Shown here piece after piece: positions 14,225 through 26,410 of a stretch of 64,000 nt of DNA. Positions within the stretch are counted from its first letter, which is position 1. Each line of letters starts with the position of its first letter. The notes under the pieces are model-generated. The model was not told the origin of the DNA and ran no database searches. It saw nothing but the letters and a program-made list of their open reading frames with translations. A program made the translations under genes and the position numbers. The DNA is from Glaucostegus cemiculus. Taxonomy: Eukaryota. The DNA lies in contig CDPCPM010000208.1 of assembly GCA_976551045.1 (NCBI GenBank), positions 682,001 through 746,000 of the forward strand, given 5' to 3'.

Positions 14225-14630
14225 AGAAAAATGAATTTACATTTATCATGTGACTTCCCAAATTGTGTAAAGCCTGCAGCTCTTCAGGAACTGTAAGTTT
14301 TACGTAAGGAATGTAGCAGAAAGGTTCAAGATCCCATAAGGAGTAGATTGTGATCAGGTAATTGTTTGAATCCGTTGGTCAAGGGTTAAATATTGACCAG
14401 GATACCCAGAGAGTTCTCCTCTCCTCCTCCAAACTGTGATATAGGATCTTTTACAACTACGCAAAAAAGCAGGTGGGTCTTGATTTTAAGGTGGCACTTG
14501 AAAGAACATATAACAGCCAGTATAACAACCTTTCATTTTTGCTTTTGAGTGTCAACCTCCACAGTGGACCTTGAACCTGCAGACGTGTGGCAGAGTTACC
14601 AGACGATCACTGAGCTAAAGTTGACACCAT
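14225..14630 (-). mobile_element. Old Deu-domain SINE (SacSINE1/AmnSINE1-like), decayed
   Basis: Reverse complement contains gtaaaagatcc...gagaactctctgggtatcctggtcaatatttaaccc, resembling the Deu core from memory. Similar remnants near 10770-11050, 30830-31030 and 59080-59290. Confidence 0.55.
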
Positions 14631-14702
14631 CTTTTGAAGGTGCCAGTTCTATTCTTGATTCCAAATCATGACAGCAGTTAGAATCGAGAATTCCATATAC
14701 AT

Positions 14703-15001
14703 GGCAGGCGCGGTAGTATAGTGGTTAGCACAATGCTTTACAGCACCAGCGACCCGGGTTCAGTTCCAGCCACTGTCTGTAAGGAATTTGCACGTTCTCC
14801 CCGGGTCTGCGTGGGTTTCCTCCGGGTGCTCCGGTTTCCTCCCACATTCCAAAGACGTACAGGTTAGGAGGTTATGGGCATGCTATGTTGGCGCCGGAAG
14901 TGTGGAGACACTTGCAGGCTGCCCCCCAAAAATCACTACCCAAAAGATGTATTTCACTGTGTGTTGCAATGTACGTGTGACTAATAAAGATCTGATCTTA
15001 T
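14703..15001 (+). mobile_element. V-SINE subfamily B (tRNA head, V domain, Rex1-like tail)
   Basis: A/B boxes (tagtatagtggttagc; ggttcagttcc), V core gggtttcctccgggtgctccggtttcctcccacattccaaagac, tail atttcactgtgtg...gtgactaataaagatctgatctta. Confidence 0.88.
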
Positions 15002-15138
15002 GATTCCTTCAGCAAAGTAAATTGCCTCAAGAAGCTGCACAGGAAGTTCATGAACATGATATGATACTGAGCCACAAATGGTAATATTGGGGAAAACAAC
15101 CCAATGCATAATTTGCAATGGTGAAAAATACAAAAATG

Positions 15139-15250
15139 CGCATGCGCACACACACACACACACACACACGCACGCATGCACGCGCACAGACAGACACACA
15201 CACACGCGCGAGCGAGCACACAGACAGACAGACAGACACACACACGCGCG
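15139..15250. repeat. Compound (CA)n/(CG)/(CAGA)n microsatellite
   Basis: Directly visible; source of several low-complexity ORFs. Confidence 0.95.
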
Positions 15251-16699
15251 CAGGTTCGCATGTTAGGGAGTTGCATCCTTTTGGCATTAGGGCTGTAAAT
15301 GGTGGAGAACAAAGTAAACAGCTCAGTAAACAGGTGCAGGAGGAACTGAGGTGAAGTCCATGGAGGGATTTGAAAACCCTGGTTTACTGAGAACAGTAAT
15401 ATTCAGAATATATTCAGATATAATTCCTAATTGACATCCTTCTATCAATGCGATAATTTCATTAAATGTCAAATCTTTTAAGAACTGAGAAGTAAGTTTC
15501 TAAACATCGAGGTGCTCTTTTTTGCCGCCGTCTTTTGTACAAGCAGTGAAAAGTAGGATTTAATGATTGTGATCACATCCCTTACTTCAGTAATTAATCC
15601 ACATTTTTATTTTGCTGATTTCTATCTGCAAATGGGTAAAAATTTCCTTTACAATAGACTGAGAATCTCATACAAAAATGGTGCTTCACACTACCAACGT
15701 CTCAAATTTCTAAGACTCCCATGAAACAGCAATACCTCAAATGTTTTAGTAGTCATTAGGGCTGCTTTACCTTGCATTCATTTTATAATTCAGGATTATT
15801 GTATAATTGTTTCATAATGTTCCGTAATGTGACATGGACGGCTAGGGACTGAGGAAATGGCGTTGGTATGGATAGGTTGTTAATGGCCAGCATAGACATG
15901 TTGGAATGAAGGGCCTGTTTCTGTGCTCTGTCACCTTCAGTACTTCAGGTACAAATATTACAGGGCAAGGTGTCCTAAATAGAGGGGCCCAGATAGGTTG
16001 AAGAGAAGGGTCCAAGTTAGGGGAAAAGTGAATAATGAGAAATTGAATGTAAGAGAACTATTAGGGTGGAGTTGAGTAATTTATTCCATCACCTACCCAC
16101 CCCTCCCCCAGCAAACTGTGGTGAGGGTCTGGGAATGGAGCTCACTTCCTGGAAATGCGGTTGGCATAGAAACTGTTTCTGCGTGTCTGAAGTACCTCAG
16201 TGAGCGGGCACTGTGAACCAGGGGCTGGAGAGTGGAATTTTTCTTGGGGTGGGTGGCTAGCATGCTGTGATGAGCCAAATGGCCTCTTTCTGCGACCTAA
16301 ATTTCATCGACACCAGATTTGCTCTGCCTATGGCGTTTACATTTCTAGCCATTGCTATCGTGTTTCAACAGTCCCCGAGAAGAAGTGATATCGAAGGTGA
16401 ATAACTTTGAACAAAATTGGCACACTTGTACTGTTTTGGTGTTGCTTGATTGTTGTATAAACTGCTTCCTTTGTCATATTCAAAACTTTTAATATGGCCT
16501 TCAGCCTAAGGGAGGCAACTGGTTTACTGTCCGAGACATATTTCACATTTTTAAACTACTTGTGTATTTGCACAATGTTGTCAGAGTAAATACATCTGAC
16601 ATGCCTGACTGCCTACGGTGAAGGAGTCCAGAATAATGGATACCCAAAGCAAACAGGGAATTCAGGATTCCTTACCCTGCCAGTGGTAACCATGTGGGA

Positions 16700-17935
16700 C
16701 AGATAAAATGAATACCACAGTTGCCCTTGGGGAAGACCATTTAAATACATGAGGAGATAATGGGCTATGCTGATGGTTAGATAAGGAAGGGCTGGAGGAA
16801 GCTCAAGTGAAGGACCAATGCCTGCGTGGGTTGGATAAGCAAAGAGGCCTGGTAAGGAATATGGATGAGCAGAGGGACCTTGGTGTTTATGTCTATAGCC
16901 TCCTGAAAATGGCAATACAGGTAGATGGATACAGGTAGATGTATTTCACTGTGTGATTTGATGTACATGTGACAAATAAAGCTATCTCATCTTAGAGTGG
17001 TGAAGAAGATGTATGGCATGCTTGCCCTCGTAGGTCAGGACACAGAGTTGGGACATAATGTTGCAACTTTTCAAAACATTGCTGAGGCTGTACTTGGAGT
17101 ACCCTGAGCAGTTCTGGTCCCCACGCTATAGGAAGGGTGTGGTTGCACTGGGGAGAGTGCAGAGGAGATGCAGCAGGATGCTGCCTGGTTTGGAGGACTT
17201 TAGCCATGGGGAGAGGTTGGACAGGCTGGGCTTGTTTTTCCTGGAGCGGAGGATGCTGAGGGGGTGACCTGATAGAGGTGTATAACATTATAAAAGGCAT
17301 CGATAGGGTAGATGGTCAAATCTTTTTCCCATGGTAGAAGTTTCCCATGGCAGGCACGGTAGCATAATGGTTAGCACAATGCTTTACAGCGCCAGAGACC
17401 CAGGTTCAAATCCGGCCACTGTCTGTAAGGAGTGTGTACGTTCTCCCTGTGTCTGTGTGGGTTTCCTCCGGGTGCTCTGATATCCTCCCACATTCCAAAG
17501 ACGTACAGGTTAGGAAGTTATGGGCATGCTTTGTTGGCGCTGGAAGCATGGCAACACTTGCGGGCTGCCCCCCAAAATCACTACCCAAAAGATGTATTTC
17601 ACTGTGTGTTTCAATGTACATGTAACTAATAAAGATCTTATCTTACCTTACCAAAACCACAAGAGCATAGGTTTAAGGTTAGAGGAGGGACTCTGAAAGG
17701 CGATCTGAGGGGAAAGTGCTTTTTTACACAGAATGATTGATGTCTGGGACTCACTGCCAGAAGTGGTGGAATTAAATCAATCACTACGTTTAAGAAACAT
17801 TTAGACAGGCTCTTGAATTGGAAAGGCACAGAAGGATACACACCTAATGCAAGCAAATGGGATTAGTGTGGATTGGCGAGAAGTCTCTCATGGACATGGT
17901 GGACTAATGGGCCTACTTCTGTGCTGTACAAGTCT
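16700..17935 (+). mobile_element. CR1 LINE 3' fragment interrupted by two SINE-type insertions
   Basis: ORF 17058-17267 (LFKTLLRLYLEYPEQFWSP...VQRR) is the CR1 RT C-terminus; insertions at about 16929-16993 and 17349-17650. Confidence 0.85.
17349..17650 (+). mobile_element. V-SINE subfamily B nested in CR1
   Basis: Close copy of 14703-15001 ending (atctt)n. Confidence 0.88.
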
Positions 17936-18639
17936 AGGGTTCTCAATCCTGATCAAGCTGCAATGGAAGCGTGAATGAGTGAGTGTCAGTAGGCTAGTCA
18001 ATAGTCCACAGCTGACGGGTGATACAAGGTGGTCAGCATTGGGTTTATTTGCCTTCAGTCCATTACTAATGTCGTTTGTAGGTCACTGGTGCCACTGGCC
18101 TGGAAGCCTGATTTTAATCGCTCTATGGTAGTTAAACTGTCAGTGCCCAGGCTGAATCTGGGTAACTTCCCATGGAACTGACATCAAACCAGGAACAACT
18201 GGGCTTGCCCCACTTCCACCTGACTCCACCAAGACACGGCGGGCCAGAAGTTCCACAAAGCCCAGGCAAATGCCAGTCTAGCCACTAAGCTCACTCCGAC
18301 ATGGAACGGGTCCCTGGGCGTGCGCTTCCGCAAAGAAGCCAGCTGCATCCTGATTAGTTCCTGAGCACTGCGAAGGTCTCACTGATTGTCAGCTCCACTG
18401 AACTGCTTTGAGAACTGGTTAAACCACACACACCCACACCAGCTGTCAAAGAGCTTGAGTGTTTTCTGATTAAATGGTTGACATTCCAAAATGTTCATCA
18501 GCTTTTTAGAACATTAAAAATATTAAACATGCTATTAAACATTTAAACATTAAAATATTTCAGCCTTGGAAAACACTGAACACTGAAGGTCTTACCTAAA
18601 ACTGTAGGATGAACTACAAAAAATTGAGAGGATTCTAGA

Positions 18640-18907
18640 GGCGGCATGATAGCGTAGCGGTTAGCGCGATGCTGTTATAGCGCCAGCGATTGGGGTTCGA
18701 TTCCCGTCGCTGACTGTAAGTAGTTTCTATGTTCTCCCGTGCCTGCGTGGGTTTCCGCCGGGTGCTCTGGTTTCCTCCCACATTCTGAAAGACGTACGGG
18801 TAGGTTAATCTGGGGGTTTAAAATGGGTGGCACGGACTCGTTGGGCCGAAAGGGCCTGTTACCACGCTGTAAATAAATAAATTTTTTAAAAAATAATTAA
18901 TTAAATA
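18640..18907 (+). mobile_element. V-SINE subfamily A (HE1-like; CR1-type tail)
   Basis: ggcggcatgatagcgtagcggttagc...ggttcgattccc head, V core, gggccgaaagggcctgttaccacgctgtaaataaa and AT-rich tail. Confidence 0.9.
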
Positions 18908-19368
18908 GACAAGACAGGCAAAATTGCAGTGATTTTGCAAAAGTCAGTTGTCTATTCATTTCTGGGGGATAAACACTTTAAACTGTGTAGTTATTGTTAT
19001 TCCTGCCTCGGTTGTGATTTTCGTTTCCGTTGGAAACCTGTTGCCCTTCCTCAACCATCAATCATTGCTCAGCACGGACCTGTGAGAGAGCAGGACAGCA
19101 ATGGGCAGGGATGGCCCAGGATATGGGGGTCTGCTTCACTTCCCCCCGCTCCCCCCCCCACCACCACACCTGCTGAGGCACAACCTCGGTACTTGAATCC
19201 ATCCAGCCCTGTGATATGGGCCAGTGATTGCCCCTCACTGACGGGGCAGGTTAGCTCCCCAGAAGGTCCACAGGCAATCCCCCAAACCCACTGACAGTCG
19301 CTGATCCCCAGCCTGGGCCCACACGCAATCCCTCTGCCAGGTCCTGCTGCTGTCTCAAGGCCATCTCA

Positions 19369-19394
19369 GTCTCTCTCTCTCTCTCTCTCTCTCT
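19369..19394. repeat. (CT)n microsatellite
   Basis: Directly visible. Confidence 0.95.
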
Positions 19395-20551
19395 CCTTTT
19401 TGGACTGGGAGACACTCGTGTGAGAGAGAAAGAGGGAGGGAATGTGTGAGGGAGAGATCAGAACAATCAGCACAGGCAGCCTGGTTGCAGAATCAGCAAC
19501 TTCTGCGGATCTGTGTTGGGACGGAGCCTCATCAGTTCCATTGATTATGTGTAGTTCCCCTTGCAGCCATTCCTTTGCATTGAAGAGCATGGAGATGCTG
19601 ACCTTGTGCTGATCTAACCTGGAGCAGGTTCAAGCTGCAGACTCACCCATATGGGTGCTGAGAAATGGTGGATCCATCTCCACCTCAAAACTCCGTCGGT
19701 GTTTGATCAGGCTCGGCTGGCACTGCCACACAGAACTCTTCAGTGTAAGCTGGGTCACTCAGTTCATGCTCTATACCGGAATAAATAACTTGCTTCAGAT
19801 CTCAAAACGCACACTAAATACGTGTAAAAAATGAAATCAAATAAAAATTAAACAATTTTAAAGAGTGGGAATGTCCTTGCTTCTAGCTGTGATATCAGAA
19901 CTGGGCTTTCTCTACAAATGAAACTATTATATACCATTCAGTAATTTTCCCCCTTTGTGTCTATTGAATCCTGCCTTGGCGTGACTGTATATCTGCTGCA
20001 ACCATTTGCATTGAACCAAAGTCATCCTGATCTCCACAGTCTGGCTTCAGGACCTCTTGGCCTTGTTAAGAGTCCATTCCCTTTAAAGGACAGGCATGAA
20101 GGGCCGAATGGCCCCTGATGCTTTGAGAGATGTCAATCAAGCACTCCGGCGCAAAGGCACAATGCAAGAACATTGTGCAACTGTTTTAACTAATTCCGAC
20201 GATGCTTTTGAAACTTGAAGCATACTTTTAGATAGTTTAGCCATTCGGGATAACGTCAGTGATAATTGCCGTATGTTAGTGTATTGTAAACACAAGACAT
20301 TTTGCAACCTGCCTGGATCTGATGGGGGACTGATTATAGACAGTAATGTAAACAAAGCCAATGAGGCTCCTGCCCCGCACTAGTTGGACCACAACTTCAG
20401 TACGGTGTACAGTTGTGGACACTGAAGGAAAGATGTGATTGCACTTAAGAGGGTGCAGAGGTGATAAGTGATGATGTTGTCAGGAGCAGAAAGATTGGAT
20501 AACTAAGGTTAATTTCCTTGGAGCAGAGGATGCTGAGGGGAGGGCTATAAA

Positions 20552-20840
20552 TTGGTATTGGTATTGGTTTATTATTGTCACTTGTACCGAGGTACAGTGA
20601 AAAACTTGTCTTACAAACCAATCGTACAGGTCAATTCATTACACAGTGCAGTTACATAGTTAGTACAAAGTGCATTGAAGTAGTACAGTAAAAACAGTAG
20701 CGGTACAGAATAAAGTGTCACAGCTACAGAGAAAGTGCAGTGCAATAAGGTGCAAGGTCACACAAGGTAGAATGTGAGGTCACAGACCATCTCATTGTAT
20801 AAGGGAACCGTTCAATAGTCTTATCACAGTGGGGAAGAAG
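20552..20840 (-). mobile_element. Rex1/Babar-type LINE 3' end inserted in decayed CR1 sequence
   Basis: Reverse complement of the 9672-10047 family starting at (tattgg)n; flanks 20380-20550 and 20960-21200 are CR1-like. Confidence 0.8.
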
Positions 20841-22215
20841 CCATGTAGACCATGTAGACCACTACCTGCATCAATCTTCCTGGTCACCTCCTCAAAGAAC
20901 CCTTCCAGGCTGGTGAGGCAAGATCTTCCCTTCACAAAGCCAAAGATGGCTGAGGGTTGGCCGATAGACAGAATAAATCAGAAGGCTTATTTGCCTTAGC
21001 AAATGGGTCAAAAATCAGAGCCATAGACTTAAGGTAATTTGTAAACAGACAAGAGACTAATAGGGGTCTGGAACTCAAAAAGTGCACGGATATTTGCGTG
21101 GAGAGCAGTGATCGGCAGGCTGGGGATCAGTGATTAGTTTGGGCAACTCTTTTTTGACTAGCACCAACACTGTGTTGGTGTGCTGTACGTTTCCTGTGAA
21201 TCCCTATGACATCAAGGTAGGGTTCCATGATTTATATCGTGTTTCCAACAAAGGAAGATGGTTCACTTCCACAGGATGAATCTACTCCCATCAGCTGGGA
21301 CCCACCAATCTGTCAGCAGGACTCTGAATGACAGACATCTGCCCACAGCAGGCAGCTGGAGGTTCTGCTGAGACTCTCTGAGGGACAGAGGTTCGGGGGT
21401 GTGGGTTAGGTCCCAGGCCTTGCCTGTTGGGACCTCAGAAACAACCCTGTGGAGGGGGAGCAGTGGTGGTTGGGAGGCAGCACCCCTGGGAGAGAGCAAG
21501 TGGTCTGCAGCAGATAGAGTGTCACACGGGAGGCCTTTTGGAAGAAGGGGTGTTACACCGGGAGAGTGGGGAAGCAGGGATGAAGAGGGATAGGAAAAGG
21601 GAGTGAGACTGAAGGAAGAGGGACATCAGGAGAGAGGGCAGGAGGGAGGGAGGAAAAGAGAAAGTGAGTGTGTGCACACTGCAGCAGATCCTGGTCTCCA
21701 GTCTCCAACGCCTCACTCTGTCAAGTCTCCATGGTAACGGGTGTGCGAAGGCAAGAATTCATGCACCTTCCAGTTCTCAGCAGTCATGTGGAAGCATCCT
21801 CGACCCTTAGGGACTGTCTGAGGACAAAAGTGACTCTCTGAGTTAGTGTCAGACCCGAATTATATAATTCTGTTTGTTGTGAAGGAAACAGAAATCACTC
21901 CCAGTAAATCTGCCACCAGCGTAAATCCAGTGTTGTAGTTGTGGTTTGCATTACTCTGGAACAAACTCTGATGAAATATATAACATAGGGATTGTAATCT
22001 GAGGCAGGACTCACCTTCTGATCTTCTGACCCATCACTGCCCACGACAGATTGTAAAAGCTTGTGCTAGTAATCAGGTCTGCTGGGTGAGAGTCCCTGTC
22101 ATTTTGCTCGTGGGTTTGATGTGAAATGTGATTTGGCATCTTCTGTCCAATTCCTGGTCACATCGTGTATTTCTATAGTTCTTTGTTCCGAATCCACAGC
22201 ACACCCTCAGCCCCA

Positions 22216-22878
22216 GGTATTGGTATTAGTTTATTATTGTGACTTGTACCGAGGTACAGTGAAAAGCTTGTCTAGCATATCAATCGTACAGGTCAATTCA
22301 TTACACAGTGCAGTTACATTGAGTTAGTACAGAGTGCATTGAGGTAGTACAGGTAGAAATAATAACAGTAAGATAAGATAAGATACGATCTCTATTAGTC
22401 ACATGTACATCGAAACACAGTGAAATACATCTTTTGCGTAGTGATTTTTGGGGGGCAGCCCGCAAGTGTCGCCACGCTTCCGGCACCAACATAGAATGCC
22501 CATAATTCCCTACCCTGTTCATCTTTGGAATGTGGGAGGAAACCGGAGCACCCGGAGAAAACCCACACAGACACGGGGAGAACGTACAAACTCCTTACAG
22601 ACAGTGGCCGGATTTGAACCCAGGTCTCTGGCGCTGTAAAGCATGGTGCTAACCACTATGCTACTGTGCCGTCCGTACCGTACCGTACTGTACAGGGTAA
22701 AGTGTCACAGCTACAGAGAAAGTGAAGTGCAATAAGGTGCAAGGTCACAACAGGTAGATTGTGTGGTCAAAGTCTCATTGTATAAAGGAACTGTTCAATA
22801 GTCGTATCACAGTGGGGTAGAAACTGTCCTTAAGTCCGGTGGTACGTGCCCTCAGGCTCCTGTATCTCCGACCCAATG
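22216..22878 (-). mobile_element. Rex1/Babar-type LINE 3' end split by a V-SINE
   Basis: Same family as 9672-10047; sequence resumes collinearly after the SINE at 22369-22674. Confidence 0.8.
22369..22674 (-). mobile_element. V-SINE subfamily B nested in a Rex1-type tail
   Basis: (taaga)n tail, V core and tRNA head on the reverse strand; close copy of 14703 and 17349. Confidence 0.88.
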
Positions 22879-23239
22879 TAAGTATTAAGCTGCATCAATT
22901 TTCAGAATCCAAGATAACTCTCAGGAATCATGAGGAGTTCTTCAGGAAAATGTCCAAGGCCCAAGCATCTTCAGCTCCTTCCACTGTAAGGTCAGAAGTG
23001 GGGTTGTTCACCGACGATTGCACCGTGCTTGGTTCCATTCACATTCCTTCACCAAGTGAACCAGTCCGTACCTGCATGCAGCAAGATCAGCACAACATTC
23101 AGGTCTGGACTGATCAACATCTGTGCCACAAATGTGCCAGGCAATAGCTATCTCCAACAGGAAAGAGTCTAACCACATCCCCCTGACATTCAGTGGCATT
23201 TCCTTTGTCAAGTCTCCCATCGTGATTGGGGGATTTGAT

Positions 23240-23511
23240 ATTGAACGGTTCCCTTATATGATGTGATGCACTTGTACTCACAATCTACCTTGTAAAGACC
23301 TTGCACCTAATTGTCTACCTGCAATGCACTTCCCTGTAGCTGTGACACTTTACTCTGTATTCTGTTATTATTTTTAACATGTACTACCTGTATGCACTCT
23401 GTGCTACCTCAATGTATCTGCATTGTGTAATTAATTGACCTGTACGAACGGTGTGCAAGACAAGTTTTTCGCTGCACCTCAGTACAAATGACAATAATAA
23501 ACCAATACCAT
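23240..23511 (+). mobile_element. Rex1/Babar-type LINE 3' UTR fragment
   Basis: Same family as 9672-10047; ends aataataaaccaatacca. Confidence 0.75.
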
Positions 23512-24011
23512 CATTAAAGTACCGAGGGATCACCATTTATCAGAAATTCAGCTGGACCAGTCATATAAATTTTGTGGCCCTGAGAGGAGGTCAGGGGCTG
23601 GGTGTCCTGCAACAAGTGACTCAGCTTTTAACATCCCAGCCTTTCCACCATCTGGAGGTGCAAGTCAGGTGCGCGATGGAATATTTCCCACTTGCTTGGA
23701 TGAGTGTAGCTCCAATTGCTCTGCAGAAGGTTAAGCAGCCAGCACGATTGGTACCCTATCCAGCACCCTAAACATTCACTCCCTCCATGCTAACTGCAGT
23801 GTAAACCTTCTACAAAATGCTCTGCAATTACTTGCTGAGCTAGTGTGGCAGCCCCTTCTATTGTGTGCAGCTCTGGTCTCCGCTCTACAGGAAGGTTGTG
23901 ATTGAAGCAGAGAGAGTGCAGAGGACGTTCACCAGGAAGTTGCCTGGATTGGAGGATTTTCGTTATGGGGAGAGATTGAGTAGGCTGGGCTTGTTTTTCC
24001 TGGAGTGAAAG

Positions 24012-24281
24012 AATTTCAAATTTTAAAAAAAATTTTTTAAATTTTATTTACAGCGTGGTAACAGGCCCTTCTGGCCCTCCGAGTCCACACGGCCCATTTT
24101 AAACCCCCAAATTAACCTACCCGTACGTCTTTCAGAATGTGGGAGGAAACCAGAGCACCCGGAGGAAACCCACGCAGACACGGGAGAACGTACAAACTCC
24201 TTACAGTCAGCGACAGGAATCGAACCCCGATCACTGGCGCTGTAACAGCGTTGCGCTAACCGCTACGCTATCGCGCCGCCC
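24012..24281 (-). mobile_element. V-SINE subfamily A
   Basis: Reverse complement of the 18640-18907 family. Confidence 0.9.
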
Positions 24282-24456
24282 ACAAAGCTGAGGAGTGACC
24301 TGATAGAGGTATAAGATCAAGGGGCATAGATAAGCTAGATAGTCAAAGTCTTTTTTCCCATGGTAGGAGCATCAAAATCGAAAGGGTTTGGGTTTAAAGT
24401 GAGAGGTGAAATTTTGAAGGTGACCTGAGAGGCAAGTTTTCTTACACAGACAGTGG

Positions 24457-25234
24457 TATCAGAATCAGGTGTATTATCACTGATGTATGTCATGAAATTT
24501 GTTGTTTTGCGGCAGCAGTGCAGTGCAGGATATAAAAGCATAACAATCACTATAAGTTACAAAAATAAATCAATAGTACAAAAGAGGAATAATGAGGTAG
24601 TGTTTATGGGTTCATGGACTGTTTAGAAATCTGATGGTGGAGGGGAAGAAGCTGTTCCTGAATCATTGAGAGTGGGTCTTCAGGCTCCTGTACCTCCTCC
24701 CTGATGGTAGTAACGTGAAGAGGGCAGGTCCTGGGTGGTGAGGGTCCTTAATGATGGACGCTGCCTTCTTGAGGCAGTGCCTCTTGAAGATGTCCTCGAC
24801 AGCAGGCACAGTTCTGGCCATGATGGAGCTGGCTGAGTCTACAACCCTCTGCAGCCTCTTGCGATCCTGCACATTGGAGCCGTGTACCAGGCGGAGATGC
24901 AACCAGACAGAATACAGCTGAAGAAATTTGAAGGAGTCCTTGGTGACATACCAGATCTCAAACTCCTAATGAAGTAGAGCCGCTGGCATGCCTTCTTCAT
25001 GATTGTATCAATGTGTTGGGCCCAGGATAGATCCTCTGAGATGTTGATGCCCAGGAACTTGAAGCTGCTCACCCTTTCCACCGCTGACCCCTCAGTGAGG
25101 ACTGGTGTGTGTTCTCCCAGCTTCAGGAAGTCCACAATCAGTTCCTTGGCTTTGCTGATGTTGAGTGCGAAGTTGCTGTGACGCCACTTAACCAGCCGAT
25201 CTATCTCACTCCTGTACGCCTCCTCATCACCATC
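24457..25234 (-). mobile_element. Rex1/Babar LINE fragment with RT C-terminus
   Basis: ORFs 24839-25342 and 24663-24902: LNISKAKELIVDF, VERVSSFKFLGINISEDLSW, KACQRLYFIRSL, LLPSGRRYRSLK; (ctgatt)n tail. Confidence 0.88.
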
Positions 25235-26266
25235 TGGAATCTGGAATGCTATCTGGAATGCCCTGCCAGAGGAAGTGATAGAATGAGCTACAATCACTAC
25301 ATTTAAGAGGCATCTAGACATACACTTCAATAGGCAAGGCATAGAAGGATACGGTCATGGGATTAGTGTAGGTCAGTGTGGACGTAGTGGGCAACGAACT
25401 CCTTTCTGTGCTGCATGACTTCATGACAACCTTGCACTGTCACCCACCAAGAAGGGCGGGAGCAGTTGATGCACGGGAGAACCATCACTTGCAGGTCACA
25501 CACCAACCTGACTTGAAAATATATCATGAGTCCTTCATTGCCACGGGGTCTAAGTCCTGGAGCTCCCTCCCGCACAGTGCTGTGAGAGTACTTTCACCAG
25601 AAGGACTGCAGCGTTCGAGAAGACAGCTCACCACTGCTTTCTCAAGGGCAGTTAAGGATGAGCAATGAATATTAGCCTTGCAGTGACCTCCAGACCTTGA
25701 TAAATAAATTTTTTAAAAATCACAGGCATAAACATTTTTCTTTGGAGTATATGAAGCATGTTTTCATAATGTACTCATTGTCATCTCGGTGTATACTTTC
25801 GGTATTTTGAGTTAAAGTCTTCATATGAGTTGTTGCTAGGACTAGAGGATACACTTAAACTAATGATATGTACCTTTGAACTGGATCTTAGGAAAAGCTT
25901 TATTTACTTAGTGGTTAATATCCAGAAGATTTTGCTGAAGGAGAAACCACAAAAAGCTTTTGATATTAAAAGTAAAGTCTCGTAAATAGAGGTTGAGTGG
26001 AGAGAAAGTTTCTGCCACATCAAGCAGCTGAGGCAAACATCAGAGAGGCAGTAAGGGGGCAGTTGAATAAGTAGATGAAAGCCAAATGAATGGAAGCAAC
26101 TGCTGATAGAGGTAGATAAAGCAAAGTAAGAGGAGAACATAAGAAATAGGAGCAGGAGGAGGCCACCTGGCCCGTCGAGCCTGTTCCGCCATTCAATAAG
26201 CTCATGGCTGTGAAACTTAAATTCTCTACTGCCAATAAATCTTGTACCAACCTTTTCTTTTCACAG

Positions 26267-26410
26267 GGGAGTAAAGGCCACTACAGGTATCACTGGCAGA
26301 GCCACAATGTCAAGCAGAGCGGAGTGGATGACATGGTGCTTCTCTCGAAGATCACCGAAGATGGCATTGTCGATAATCTCAAGAAGCGATACATGGATGA
26401 TTATATTTTT
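26267..26410 (+). CDS. MYO1E: Myosin-Ie coding exon 2 ([48 protein letters not shown])
   Basis: Acceptor ccttttcttttcacAG; 144 nt, phase 0/0. Peptide matches the vertebrate MYO1E N-terminus (GSKGxYxYHW, SKIT, KRYM) better than MYO1F. Donor is GTATCCTTT. Confidence 0.97.

Larger units (their letters stand above)
23860..25425 (+). mobile_element. CR1 LINE 3' fragment split by a V-SINE and a Rex1 element
   Basis: QLWSPLYRK...VQRTFTRKLPGLEDF at 23860-24010; continues at 24285-24455 and 25251-25425. Confidence 0.8.
22960..25710 (+). mobile_element. Old CR1/L2/Jockey-group LINE 3' region hosting a nested insertion cluster
   Basis: RT remnants (FTDDCT; GITIYQKFSWTSHI...QVRCAMEYFPLAWMS) at 22960-23220 and 23512-23860, 3' end at 25430-25710; interrupted by younger elements. 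Confidence 0.65.

Noticed and set aside
14981-15354. Cys/Val- and His/Thr-rich ORFs
   Set aside because: Translations of a (CA)n compound microsatellite.
18640-18715. tRNA-like sequences with A/B boxes (also 14703, 17349, 26883 and reverse copies)
   Set aside because: Each continues directly into a V domain and LINE-like tail, so they are SINE heads, not tRNA genes.
21162-21180. Perfect 9-bp inverted repeat CACCAACAC-T-GTGTTGGTG
   Set aside because: Short, inside decayed CR1 sequence, and plausible by chance or a local template switch.
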